DNA of 64,000 nt from Podarcis bocagei. Taxonomy: Eukaryota. Positions 1-12,345 of this stretch are shown here, piece after piece. The notes beneath the pieces were generated by a model. The model ran no database searches. It saw only the letters and a list, made by a program, of their open reading frames with translations, and had not been told where the DNA came from. The stretch lies in assembly GCA_964188305.1 (NCBI GenBank), contig OZ076889.1; one strand, written 5' to 3'. The position numbers and the translations under genes were made by a program. Position 1 is the stretch's first letter. Each line of letters begins with the position of its first letter.

Positions 1-715
1 CACAGTGCAGTTACTTCGCATCCATGGAAGGGGAGATGAACAGATATTGACAGCAAGCAACTGCTCGCATTCAGAAACGGCAAAAGTTATGGTTGATTGA
101 CAAGGGCCGTAACATTGTTTGGGGGGGCGGGAGGAGGGGATTTTTTTAAAACAAAAGAACACCTTAGTGACCGATGTAATTTCTCATATGGTGCTGGAAA
201 TGTTTGGGCTTCATAATTTTTGAAGTGTTTCAACTGGTAGTGTAAGCATTAGGGACACTGGGTAGTAGAGCTAGCCTGCTGGCTGCTTACTGACTTGCTG
301 TTATAACACTTTCCACATGGCGCCTAGCTGTTTTACAGTATTTTCACTGATTAATTTCCCATATAGGTGTGGGACTTCTTGAGAGATCATAAGGAACACA
401 CATACATGATAACTTTTGTAGTAGCTGAATTCTGCAATATAGAACTTACAGGACAGACATGGGGCATGTTTTTTTCTGTAACATATCAGGTGTTTTGTTT
501 TGTTTTTAATTTTACAGTCGGCAGTTAGATATGTGACATGAATCATAAGAGCATTATCAACAGGTTGATTTCCACTCAAGTTGCAGAGAAATATAAAATA
601 TCAACCTACTGCTGTTCACATGAAAAAGAAAAAAAGGGTTTAAATGCTGCACTTACATGAAACATTTTTGATGATTTTCAACATGATATAAAATCCACAC
701 GGAAATGGGGAAGTT

Positions 716-855
716 NNNNNNNNNNNNNNNNNNNNNNNNNNNNNNNNNNNNNNNNNNNNNNNNNNNNNNNNNNNNNNNNNNNNNNNNNNNNNNNNNNNNN
801 NNNNNNNNNNNNNNNNNNNNNNNNNNNNNNNNNNNNNNNNNNNNNNNNNNNNNNN
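716..855. other. N block (140 nt)
   Basis: Run of N seen directly. Confidence 0.99.
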
Positions 856-1641
856 CCACCCCAGGACTCTAAATTATCGGGGTAAAAAACAGCCTTGCAA
901 GAAAAAAAAGGGGGGAGCTATTTTTGCTTTTTATGTTTTTTATTGTTAAACTTGTATCCCTTTAAAACTGAAGGAAATTTAAAAAGAAATACAAAATTTA
1001 ATGGTGCTTTTACCACAATATGTTATCTACATTAAATGCTAATTAATCATTTTCTGTTATCAAAGCACATAATTAAAATTAAATCATAATATCTGTTAAT
1101 TTTATAAGCTAAAAGTCACTATAATAGATTATGCCAATTCTGATAAAATCGTATGTGTTTCCGGCAATATAGGGTATATCACTTCTCAAAATACGTTGGC
1201 CACAACCAGACACGGAGGTAGGTGTGCTTAAGCCCATTGAAACAAATGTCCTTAAGTATGCTTCACTCTGAGTTGGACTGTGGCCCTTGAGCTAATAAGA
1301 GAAAGCTGTCCAGAAAATAAAACGCCTTTGTGTCCCTGAACTGGCGTTGGTTTTTTTCTGAACTGCAAAGGCAACAAAACAGAAGCAAAATGCTGATTCT
1401 ACATCTTATACCAGTTCAAAGCAAGGACACTTGCTGAGAAGAAGAAAAAAAGTTTGGACCCAAAATGTCCTGATCTTATGTACAAAAAAAAGAAAAAGGA
1501 AAAAAAAAACAGGAAAAAAATGCAAGTGATTTTTTTTTTCCTACCAGACAGCGGAGCACCCCTTTGCTTCCCATGCAACTTTAAGAAGGTTTCCTATATT
1601 ATACATATATATACGTTCTGGTTGGCGAGTCTCGCTAATCA

Positions 1642-1781
1642 NNNNNNNNNNNNNNNNNNNNNNNNNNNNNNNNNNNNNNNNNNNNNNNNNNNNNNNNNNN
1701 NNNNNNNNNNNNNNNNNNNNNNNNNNNNNNNNNNNNNNNNNNNNNNNNNNNNNNNNNNNNNNNNNNNNNNNNNNNNNNNNN
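1642..1781. other. N block (140 nt)
   Basis: Run of N seen directly. Confidence 0.99.
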
Positions 1782-4752
1782 AAGGGTTTCTACTACTGTC
1801 CTATACAATCAAGTAAACTGAATTTCTTGGGAAGACACTTTGCTCCTCATCTTTTCCCTGAAACTAATTTTTTGTTTTGTTTTGTTTTATTGATTTGCAC
1901 GAAACAAAAACAAAAACAAATTCCATATCAATGTGCCTTGCCCTGGATAGCGATTATTTGTGGAATTGTTGCACATGTTCCTATATTGAAAGGGGTTTTT
2001 TCCCTAGTCAAGCATTTGGAGACACTTTTTTGTAAATGTGACTTTTATGTCAGCCATTGTCAGTTTCAGCATCTTAGAATTCAGTAGGATGTTAGTTGTT
2101 CCACAGATAGCGGTAGTGTTTTCTTGTCCTGTACGGTCAGTGGCAGTGCTATTCTGAGATCTGTAGATGCTAGATTATCAGTATTTTTGATGTTGCTGCA
2201 TTTTACATTTTATTTGGAGTCTTCCTTTTGTTTGTTTTTTTTTTGTTTTTTCCCAGATATATGAAAATATGCAATACCTGCTTATATCATGTAGAAGAAA
2301 AGCTTAGCAATTCTTAATTTTTCTTTAATTTTTTTTTTATTTGACCAAAGTCGGTGCTGCACTTGACGCAGTGTATTTTAGGTGTTTGTCTTTGTACTTT
2401 TTTGTGATTTTTGAATGCACACGCAGGAAGGGCTCTTCTTAGAGAAGCAGTCAAACTGTGAAGCACTAAGCTGAACCCTGCTTCAAGCAATTTTTGTTTT
2501 ACAACTGTTCCTTTCACAAGCAAGCCTTAAAAAAAAACCCTCCCTTTTTCTTCAAATCCCACACCCATTTTTATTAGCAGATTGCAATCAATCCACATTC
2601 AATAAAAAGTATATAATGCCCATTTTTATATGCACGTTTTTAAAACTTCCAAGTTCTGAAAATTGTTTACTGGTTATTCTCTATTTAAGGAAAAAAATGT
2701 TTTGGATTTTCATATATGTCAAATAAGTGGTTGAGTAGTCATTTGCTCCGTTGTATTGTGTGATTGTTAGTGTTATGGTATCACATCCACTAGCCAGCAT
2801 CCTTTGCCTTCCCTATAGCACTTAGCAGGGCATTACTTTATTAAAACATATGTGCACTAAAAAAAAATAAAAAATAAAAAAATTAGCAGCTTTCAGTGCT
2901 TCACAGTGAAGGGAAAAAAAGCCTAGACAAACATTTTGTCAGAACCTTGCTATAAGCCAAGGTATAACCAGTAAATTGGTTGTATATACAACGAAATTGC
3001 ACCCTTTTTTAAAAAAACAAAAACAAAGCAAACTAAGCAATAGTTTGGGCAGTTAGTTGTTTTTAGTGAGCATGCCGTAGTCATGGCCGCAAAGAGAGAG
3101 AGAATCAAATCTGCCCACTCAGAAGCGATGTAATTTGTATGTTGTATAGTTTTATTGATTACACTGATTTATTCTACCCTATTTTATAATGCAGGACTTT
3201 TGTAATGTTGTTTAAATGAGGAAAATTTCTGTCAAATTAGCTTAGTGGAATTTCTGATTGTTCGTTATAAAGGCAGCATTCATAGAATTGCTTTTTTCCC
3301 CTCTGGGAACTGGATTTAAGTTGAAAACTTTCCTGTTTCCTTTTGTATGTATTTAAATACAGTTATTTTTTTCCCCTCTCTCCTTATCTCAATAGTATAG
3401 CATATTCCTATGCTTGAGAAGTATAGGCTACTGAAGAACCATTGTAAATGGACATTGCAGATATGCTGTATTTTTGAAGGTGTTTTATCGTATTAAGTTT
3501 GAAGATGGTAAAGTTAGGGAATTCTGATCGGAATCTCATAAAACAAATTGTTTTAAAGGCTTTAAACATTAGGTAGGCGGTCAAGGGTGTTTACCAACAG
3601 GGGTTGTAAAGTATTAAAGACACTAAATTAAATTTTGGTTCATCTTATTGTCATGCAGAAACACAGCAGTTCAGATCTGTTCAGGTGTGGAGAACAAACA
3701 GAGTTTTATTCCTCAAAGTAGAGCAGAGAATGGAGATCTGAGGAGAGACAACTGCATGGGGTGTGCAGTCTACAATAGAGAAATAATCCTGGGTCACACT
3801 TCAGAATCAGATTCACATGTCCATTCCCCATTTCAAAATTGGTTTTTATTCTTTGTGCAAACAACTTTTCTTTCTGATCCTTTCTTTTAAAACCGCCAGA
3901 TGCACAACACCGGCTCTCGCTCCCATTTTCCGCCTCAGTCCGCCCCCTGCAAAATAACACTGCTCTCTGTGAATTGACTCCACTAGTAGTTTCCTATTCT
4001 TTCGACCACTTTTCAAAATAGGACTTTAGCTTGTTGTCATTCTGCACACCCCTGCAATAAAGTATTTATTAATCATGTTATATAGTGATATCCAACGTCA
4101 GTCACCGGGAGTATACCTTGGCTGTTTGGTGATCTCTCCCTCTTCTCTTAAGAGTTGAAAAGTGAAGGAATAGAACCCTTTTCCCCCACAGTATTCAGTC
4201 AGCCCACAGGAATATGTAAAATTCCTCTACCTAGTTTTCTTACACAGTTTTCTTTTTGTTCCATATATTTTTCAGCTTTGTAGTAACAGTGTTAACATTT
4301 ACTGTACACATACATACATACACACACAAAACAAAAGACAAAAAAACCAAGATACGTGGCATAAAACAGGTATTTTTCCTTGTGTTTTTTTTTTCTTTTT
4401 AAACAAAATGTCACTTAATATTATACTTTACATTGTGTCTCTGGAAATATCTTTCTTTTTTAAAAAAAATGATTTTACTTTGGTAGAAGGCCTCCATAGA
4501 ACAAACATTGCAAACCACGACCGGCATGAAAATGTAAGGAGAGCTTCAATGGCACCTAACAGAAACTCATCTTTCATGAGATCTATTGTGGGACGTCTCA
4601 TGAAGTGAACTCTGCCTACCAGGCAAGGTTTCCATTAAATCAAGCTTACAAAGCCAATTTTGTCTTGAAGTCAATGCATGTATTACTGTTTGACAGTAAA
4701 ACCCGGCTATGCCACCATCAAGTCCAAGGCTGTGCAATAGTCTAATTAGTAT

Positions 4753-4940
4753 NNNNNNNNNNNNNNNNNNNNNNNNNNNNNNNNNNNNNNNNNNNNNNNN
4801 NNNNNNNNNNNNNNNNNNNNNNNNNNNNNNNNNNNNNNNNNNNNNNNNNNNNNNNNNNNNNNNNNNNNNNNNNNNNNNNNNNNNNNNNNNNNNNNNNNNN
4901 NNNNNNNNNNNNNNNNNNNNNNNNNNNNNNNNNNNNNNNN
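4753..4940. other. N block (188 nt)
   Basis: Run of N seen directly. Confidence 0.99.
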
Positions 4941-5066
4941 GATTTACAAAAATGTGACAACTTGGGGCTCAATTCACTCTGCTTTCCAACAATGTAAATG
5001 CATAGCAGTGTTTATCTGCATGAGAACTATGCACTAATATAAATCTGAAAAAAGAAATATATCAAC

Positions 5067-5248
5067 NNNNNNNNNNNNNNNNNNNNNNNNNNNNNNNNNN
5101 NNNNNNNNNNNNNNNNNNNNNNNNNNNNNNNNNNNNNNNNNNNNNNNNNNNNNNNNNNNNNNNNNNNNNNNNNNNNNNNNNNNNNNNNNNNNNNNNNNNN
5201 NNNNNNNNNNNNNNNNNNNNNNNNNNNNNNNNNNNNNNNNNNNNNNNN
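5067..5248. other. N block (182 nt)
   Basis: Run of N seen directly. Confidence 0.99.
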
Positions 5249-6704
5249 CTTCGCTGTCTGTCAGAACCTTCTGATATAGGTGATGTAAAATAACCGTACA
5301 ATATTAATGCATGCTATTCCATAATGCTTAGTGAGCTGTATGAATATTACTCAAAGTTATGTTAGTCTTTTTTCTGACTTGGTTCTTGTCAGATAGGTTT
5401 AAAGATATTTCACTGAGAACACAAATTCTGTTTTTTTCTCTCCTTGATTTTGAGTGTTTTCAGTATTTTGGATATATACATTTAACTTAAAATTCAGTAT
5501 TATTTGTTGGGGGCAACTTTTTTTATTAATAAGGGCAGGCATAGGGTTTGAAATCAGAAATCCATGCCTGGTGGTATTTTTTCCTTTGCTTAGAAGCATC
5601 CATAAGAACTCTTAAGAGCTTATCTCAGAAGAAAAATAAGACATCATTTCAATGTAAGGAACAATTCTCCAACTTGGAACTGACATTGAAAGTGGTTTCT
5701 TCGTTGACAGTGTTTAAACCAGGTACCCATGCTTGACCCTTCTTCACATCAGACCTCCTCATATTAAAACAAACTTTTAAGAACCTTTTTTAAAACCCAA
5801 CCTCATGTGGCTATTTAGTTTCATGCACCATTGCAATTTTTTCCTTCAAAAGTCTGTATAAACTTTGGGCCCGATTCATAAATAGTCACTAGGCATTAAC
5901 ATAGGATTTTGTTGTATGATTCTTACCCCAAATTTGAGGGCCCCCTCCTCTGCCCCCATGACAAGAACAAATTTTAGCATGTTATTGTTACCAAGAGTTC
6001 ACCTGATTTCATGTCCATCAGGAGGCAGAACACCTTCAATATACACATCATTTGACAAGGGGAAGGATCCCTAGAAGATAATAAGTTGATGAGAGCATCC
6101 TTATTCTGCACTTTGCACAGATAAGGGATTTTTACTGTCCTGCTGAACAAAATTCTCTTGGCCATAGCATAATCTGCTAGACTTTGTGCAGAGGTTTTGT
6201 ACTTCACTTCATAATCTTTCCGAGTGCAAAGCAATGTTAGAGCGAATACTTCTAATTCAGTATTTCACTAGATTTCATGTACTCATTCCTGCATCCTGCA
6301 TCCTCATTTACAGCAATGCCTCAAATCAGTGAACTCCCACCACTACCCCAAGATAGAAAGGATGAAGCCAGGAATCATCATGATCTGTAGTATAAATGCA
6401 AGAGCTGAAAAAGACCTTGGCGATTCCATGTAGAGAAGGCATTCTACTAATCTGATCTTGGAGAGCACAAATATTGACTAGAGCAAAGTGTCTGAGTGGA
6501 CAGTCTCCCACCTGTACCTTCACTTTTGTTGCTACTGTAAGAAGGCAGGAAACTGATTTTGCAGCCACTTTGCAGGCTTGCAAAATGTGTTAGTGGGAAC
6601 ATTCAGCAAATGAGAATACCCACAACTGACCTGCTGTTGGCTTCTTTGCACAATTAGACAGTCACCGGCTCACTTGCTCAGTTCTGCCAATCAAAAGTAC
6701 TTAT

Positions 6705-6998
6705 GGACACAGTGCAACTCGCTCCCACTGGAGGCAGTGATGGCCACCAACCTAGGTGGCTTTAAAAGAGGATTAGACGAATTCATGGAGGAGGGGGCTA
6801 TCAAAGGTCCATGATGACTATACTCTGATTCGGCATTTGGAGGCAGCAGTGCTTCTGAATACCAGTTGCTGGAAACCACAGGAGGGCTCTTGGGCTTGAA
6901 GCCAGCTTGTGGGTTTTCCATAGGCATCTGGTTGGCCACTGTGGGAACAGGATGCTGGACTAGATGGGCCATTGGGCTTGATCCAGCAGGCTCTTCTC
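6705..6998 (+). mobile_element. CR1 LINE 3' end fragment
   Basis: GTGATGGCCACCAACCTAGGTGGCTTTAAAAGAGGATTAGAC...ATGGAGGAG and GGATGCTGGACTAGATGGGCCA...GATCCAGCAGGCTCTTCT are typical of squamate CR1 3' ends. Confidence 0.8.
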
Positions 6999-7526
6999 CT
7001 GTTCAAATATTGAGAAATTCTTTTTCATTTTGGTGTAACAAAATGGACATGTGAGAGATCTGCTGCAAAATAACCTCAGCCCTGTGTTAATACCCCTGTG
7101 TCTCTACTTTTTTAATGAATCGGGTCCCTTGTGCCTCTAGTATCCTTGTATTGACTCTCAGAGTTATCATTTTAGTTTTATTATGTTCTGTGATAATTTG
7201 CAATTGGTTGAGAATCACTGTGGGCATCCATTCTTTTTTCAACTAAATCTCTGCAGGTTTTTGAGCTGGTGTGGATTAGTTTAACTCTTGTATTCAACCA
7301 TTAGTGCTACCACCCTCTCACATTACAATACGATTACTGGAAGCAAGTACTGCATTTCCTATGCAACAAAAAAGGAAAATAAAAAATTGCTAATGCTAAC
7401 AAGACTTCTCATTCTTTACAGTGTGTATGCAAGTATCTTTTTGTATCTCTTAAACTCACTGTAGTGGGAGCACGGTTTTTAGGTGATATAGTGAAACAAT
7501 GAGATCATTGTATGACGGCTTGATAT

Positions 7527-7680
7527 AGAACCCAGGATGCTCCACTGAAATTTACACTGGGTTACCTTGACCTAATGGTCAGGGGTCCCTTTACCTTTAC
7601 CTTGTTGAAACACCATATATTAGTATTTTGTTTCAACGAGGTAGCCCAGTGAAAATGTTCAGGAGAGCATTTTGGGTTCT
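7527..7680. repeat. Degenerate palindromic (MITE-like) element containing a very short Sauria SINE 3' tail
   Basis: Arms AGAACCCAGGATGCTC...CACTGGGTTACCTT...GTTGAAACA and TGTTTCAACGAGGTAGCCCAGTG...GAGCATTTTGGGTTCT. The insert CAGGGGTCCCTTTACCTTTACC is flanked by TTACCTTG twice. Confidence 0.6.
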
Positions 7681-10600
7681 CTTATCTAAATATTCAGTCT
7701 ACACTAGGGTTCCCAGAGATCCTACCTACAACATTAAGAGTTTTGAATGGCCTCATTATTGCCTCATATCAATTCTCACACACTTCGTTTAACCTGTTAT
7801 GAAATTTAACAAGATCCCGCCTTTCTACAGCTGTCAGACAAATCTTCAAGCACTCAGTGCAAGGCACTGCCATCTCAGTATCCCATCGTAAATGTAGATC
7901 TGTCCCAAGAAGTTTTGCTATCTGTGCTGCCCCACATTCCACACTCCACATTCAGAAGCCAACTGGACTGGCAGCTTACAAATTTGCAGGACAAGCGCTG
8001 CAATACCCACAGCTGAGTCTGGCCTGATCACCCATTGCTCTGGGCGCAGTTTCATGCTTACTTGCTGCCCGCTCCAATGTTGTAACAGAGCAGCGTCACA
8101 TAGGCAAAGAAATGCATGAATGGGGGAGGATTTAACATTCAGGTTATTTAAAAGGCCCTTCTCAAATTCCACAGGCACGTAAGAACCTTATTGGACTACA
8201 CAAAAAATCTGTCTAGTTCAGCATTCTGTTTCACAGAGTAGGCAGCTAGGTGCCATTGGGAAGCCCAAAAACAGGGCAAGAAAGCAGGACAAGACAACAG
8301 TAGCACTTTCCTTTCATTTGAAGCCTCTGGCTGTAGAAATGGTTTGTTGCTTCTGCCCTTGATGTGAGAATGATAGTCACATGCTGCATCCCTTGTTCTT
8401 TCACCAAAATGGGGGGCCTTCTGACCAAACATCTCTTCGGTTCTGTCAGACACACACCAAAAAAAGCCCCCAGAGTGTTCGGGGTTATATACAAACATGG
8501 TCAGAACTCATCCACAGCAGCTATACTAGGTTTCCAAGATAAGAAAATTCAAGAAGCCAGCAGGGAGGCGCCTAAGTATATTAGGCTTTTAAAGAGGATG
8601 AGGAGATTAGGAGGTGATCACACAGACCTGCAATAAGGATCTAGTTAAAGAAAACTGTTCTGGTTGCTGGGTGGGAGGATATATAAGTTTAAGAACAGAA
8701 AGAACATGTCAGGTTTCTTAAATTTTGTCAGAACATTGTTTCTTGGGCCAACTGGAAGGCATGCAAGACCAAGATCAGATTGCAGTTGGGGCTTGGGGAG
8801 TTTGCCAATGTCAAGCACAGTATAAGGTGGAGCCCCCTCCTGCATGTCCTTCTCAAAAGGATGAGATTGAAGCAGTGCTCACAACTGGGGTATAATCTGA
8901 ATCTTGCTCTTCATAATAACTTTGTTGTTGTTGGCATCCGTCTGTCTTGAGAGACAATGAAATGTCGCACAAGGCAGTGGGTAAAAGGCCTACAGCATCT
9001 GTATCATGAGGTGGTATGTACTTTTCAGCAACGGCATCCAGTTGTACATGTATATATTTATTATTATCATTATTATTTTAACACATTCATACGAAAACAT
9101 ATATGAAGGATAACCATCACAAGAAGCTTTAGAAGAGGACTTGCAGCAAAGACATCATCCTTATCTGTCAACAGTCTGGAGTGGGGGAGGGGGAGAGATT
9201 AATTTTTACCTGGTGCTGAAACAATACCAGGCAAGCCTCACTGGGGAGACCTGCCAGAAGAAAACCATTGGAAATAATAATTTTGTAGCCCTAGTGGATC
9301 CAACTTCAAGCATCTTTCTTCTGCATTTCTGAAGCTCCCTCTGTGTTGAAGCATACTGAAAAATAACACATTACAGTTTAAAATACCCAGTTTCCATTTC
9401 ATTCCAGATGCTATTTGTTTGCCCTGACCCAGAAGGCTATGAAGGATAGCTTAATTGTGAGGGTTTCTCCATTGATCCTCATGGAGGGAACAAATCTGTT
9501 TGGCCAAGGCTATGCAAGCAAATATCTCCTTCATAGTAATGACTGGTGAATCTCATGTGCCCAGGAACATTATGTGCACATTGGAGCTCCTGCACTCATA
9601 CAAGTTCCCTACATTGAGTCATGGTATATTCAGCTTTTAATAAGATGCATATTTTGCAGAGGTGTTGCCTTTCACCCATAAATGTAAAATTTGTAGAGAG
9701 TAAGAATAAATACCCTAGGCTTTATATTTATTCTATAAAAGAATGAAACCCTTGTGGGGTGCTATCTACTCTAACAAGGGATTTCACTTTTTCCTGGCAA
9801 TCGGCTTTCATGCCTTCCCATCACTTCTCACTTACCCCTTTCTGAGCTTTGCATTTCCTCCAACCTCCCCCCCCCCCACATGCACACACAAATGATTTGC
9901 AGCTTGAATACATTTTATTAATCGGGCAAACCTGCTGCATTTGCATGCTCTACACTGAGCACAGAATTTGGCCGACTTGGCCTAGCAGGCAGAGAGCCGT
10001 ACACCTCAGGCAGAGCAGAGTGGTGGGACTTCTGTTAACTGGCTATTTTAATCAGTATCTGGGTGGCTTCCAGATTCTAACATTGGCACAGCTTGGCAGG
10101 GATGGCCTAATTTTCACTGTATTAATATGCTCTTCTTGGGTAGGAAATTGCCAGCCGCTGGAGAGCCTAAACAAATGCCACAGAAATAAATGCTAATGCT
10201 TCAAGTACAAGGAATGCTCATGGGCTTCAGTAACCTAGGTGCAAAGCTTGAATAATGGTTTAAAACAACCCTCCTTTTGTTACAAAATACTGAAAGAGGT
10301 CAGTTTCATTTTATTGCTGCTTCCAGTCAGGGGCATCTCTCTCTCCTTCACACAAACACACAGGCTCAAATTGCAGTGGCCCAGTCATATGAGCTATAAA
10401 CCAGGAACTTCCTCAACATTTAGTGCTGTGGTGATGAAGGGGCCTGGCACTGAATTTTTACCTCTGCCCTGTCAGGTAGCTTCCTTTAAGCTCCAGCCCC
10501 TGCAGCAAACAGAAATACTGTACAGTACTTCAGTTTTCAGTTGCTGTTCATTGGGAGCTGCTTCCTTTTGAACTACAGAACGGAACTGGGCCTTTAATAC

Positions 10601-11804
10601 TCTACAGCCCAGCCTTCTTGCTGCTTCATATGAGTACAATTCCTATTTTTATTAATACAAATGGCTGCAGAGTTATAGTGGGCTGAAGAATGCACTCTCA
10701 AGGAAAAGATAAAGATCAGATATGGTTTCATATCAAACATACAGCAAAACTCTATAGAGTAACACATTAGAAACCTGGGCGGTTTCATCTTGCTGTACCT
10801 CAAACAGGATCAACTCAGTTCCAGTTCCCCCAGTTCCTGGCAAAAGAGGATAGCGGAGGAATGCCTTCCCTCCTGTCCTGCATTGTCTCAAGGTAAGTAA
10901 TACGCTCTGCTTCATCCTTCCCTGCAAATGAGGGGAAATAGCTAAACGTGCTCCTCTCTCCTTTATTCTCCAGCAGAAATGTGTTTGCAGCAGTGACTTT
11001 CGTGTTGGTGAAAGAGGAACACCACCTCTGCTGAACACAGTAAAAGATGATCAAATATCTCTAAAGCTTGGAAAGAGTCAGTACTGGGATACTTTCCTCC
11101 ATCCACCTGACCGTTTTGACTGTTGCCAGGCCAAATCTATTCCTGGGTCAGTTCCGCAGCGTTGACGTGCTGAACTATTAAAAGTGCCTCAAGTGATTGG
11201 CTGGGAGGCACAGGGCCTTCTTGGCACGACAGGGGAAGTCCAGCAGGCCCCTTCCAGGACCCCCTGAGGCCAGGGGCAAGGGTACCTGGCTGCTGCCCCC
11301 TTCTGCATGGGCCTGGTCAAAAGCCCTAGCTATTCACCTCCACCTGCCTCTCAGGGGGAATGCAACCAAACCAAACTTCCCCTCAACCAGGCTCTCACCC
11401 TGCTTGAAGGCCACAGGCCTGTCTCACACAGTGCCTGGCCTACGCTTCTATAGTCCGACTGAAAACACAGGCCATCCCTGCGTCTCCATGGGGCCAACCC
11501 AGCCACAGTTGATCCCACCACCACCACCCTCCCACGGCAGAACCAGCTGTTATAGTAAGGCAGGCCCTGGCCAAACCCCAACCCCACAGCTGCAGTCACT
11601 CAGGCAGCAATTAGACCCCAACCTCCACTACAAACAGCAGAAAACTCTATTAGGCTACAAAGAGACATGTTGTATCTTAAGGGAAACATGTATATGGGTT
11701 TTCAAAAATTGCAAGCTGGAAATGCGGAGAACTGAAGGTAAGTGGGGCAGGGGAGGTAAAAGACTGAAATTGGCAGGTTTGCTTGTCCCTGCTTTTGCTG
11801 TTTC

Positions 11805-12345
11805 CTTTTTCTTTTTAGTTGTTTTTATTAAAGAAGGTTCATAATTAACAAGGGTACATGCAGTTTTCAATTCAGAGAGGCCTTTCTACAGGTCAGTTTC
11901 ATTCGCTGTGAGGACACTGCTGTCATAGAGATTGTGAGGTTGGCGGAAGCGGGGGGAGAAAGGGCAGGTAGTGACTTTTCATTTTTGTGTGGAGCTTTTG
12001 TGTCGGCGCTGCAAGGATAGGTTTCTATTTATCTGTTTGTTTTTGTTGGTGGTGCGAGAGGTTGGAAAGGCCAGAGTTGGTTGCATTTAGTTGATTGCAG
12101 TGATTTTGTTTGTGTGTGAGAGAGAGGGTGGGTAGAGGTCAGATTAGCCATCTTGAGTTGTAGGCTGTTGTGGGGGTTTATGTTGTTGTAATAAAGGGGA
12201 ACCATGCTGAGGTGAAGGCATCCTCTTTGGGGTTTGTTCCTGATTGGTAGGAATATGGCTGTCCATTTAGGGGCCATGGAGTCTTCTGCTACATCACTAA
12301 TGTTTACTGGGATATCTCGTATTTTATTTCTCTCTCTCCCACCCA
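11805..12345 (-). mobile_element. Probable L1/Tx1-clade LINE 3' end fragment
   Basis: T-rich tract plus TTTATT at the left end (AATAAA and poly(A) on minus). The minus ORF segment 'APKWTAIFLPI' loosely resembles an L1 ORF2 C-terminus followed by a C/A-rich 3' UTR. Confidence 0.4.

Larger units (their letters stand above)
1..5500 (+). other. NFIA: Long 3' UTR of nuclear factor I A (terminal exon, non-coding part); 3' boundary approximate
   Basis: AT-rich, nearly TE-free UTR-like sequence. The segment at about 175-260 (ATGTAATTTCTCATATGGTGCTGGAAATG...GAAGTGTTT...GGTAG...AGCATTAGG) matches my recollection of the mammalian NFIA 3' UTR. Synteny NFIA-TM2D1-PATJ supports the call. Candidate AATAAA signals at 2601 and 4056. 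No coding part is in the window. Confidence 0.8.

Noticed and set aside
653-859. ORFs spanning N blocks (also near 1454, 4709, 5062 and 32052)
   Set aside because: Artefacts of N runs lacking stop codons.
5678-5685. miR-223 8mer AACTGACA (NFIA is a known miR-223 target)
   Set aside because: Probably lies beyond the conserved UTR end, and I cannot show it is transcribed.
7769-8178. Two overlapping protein-like minus ORFs that could be a frameshifted pseudogene
   Set aside because: No family could be recognised and the lengths are within chance expectation.
11197-11844. 215-aa plus-strand ORF
   Set aside because: Non-ATG start, low-complexity composition, no domain, and it crosses a compositional boundary. 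Likely chance.
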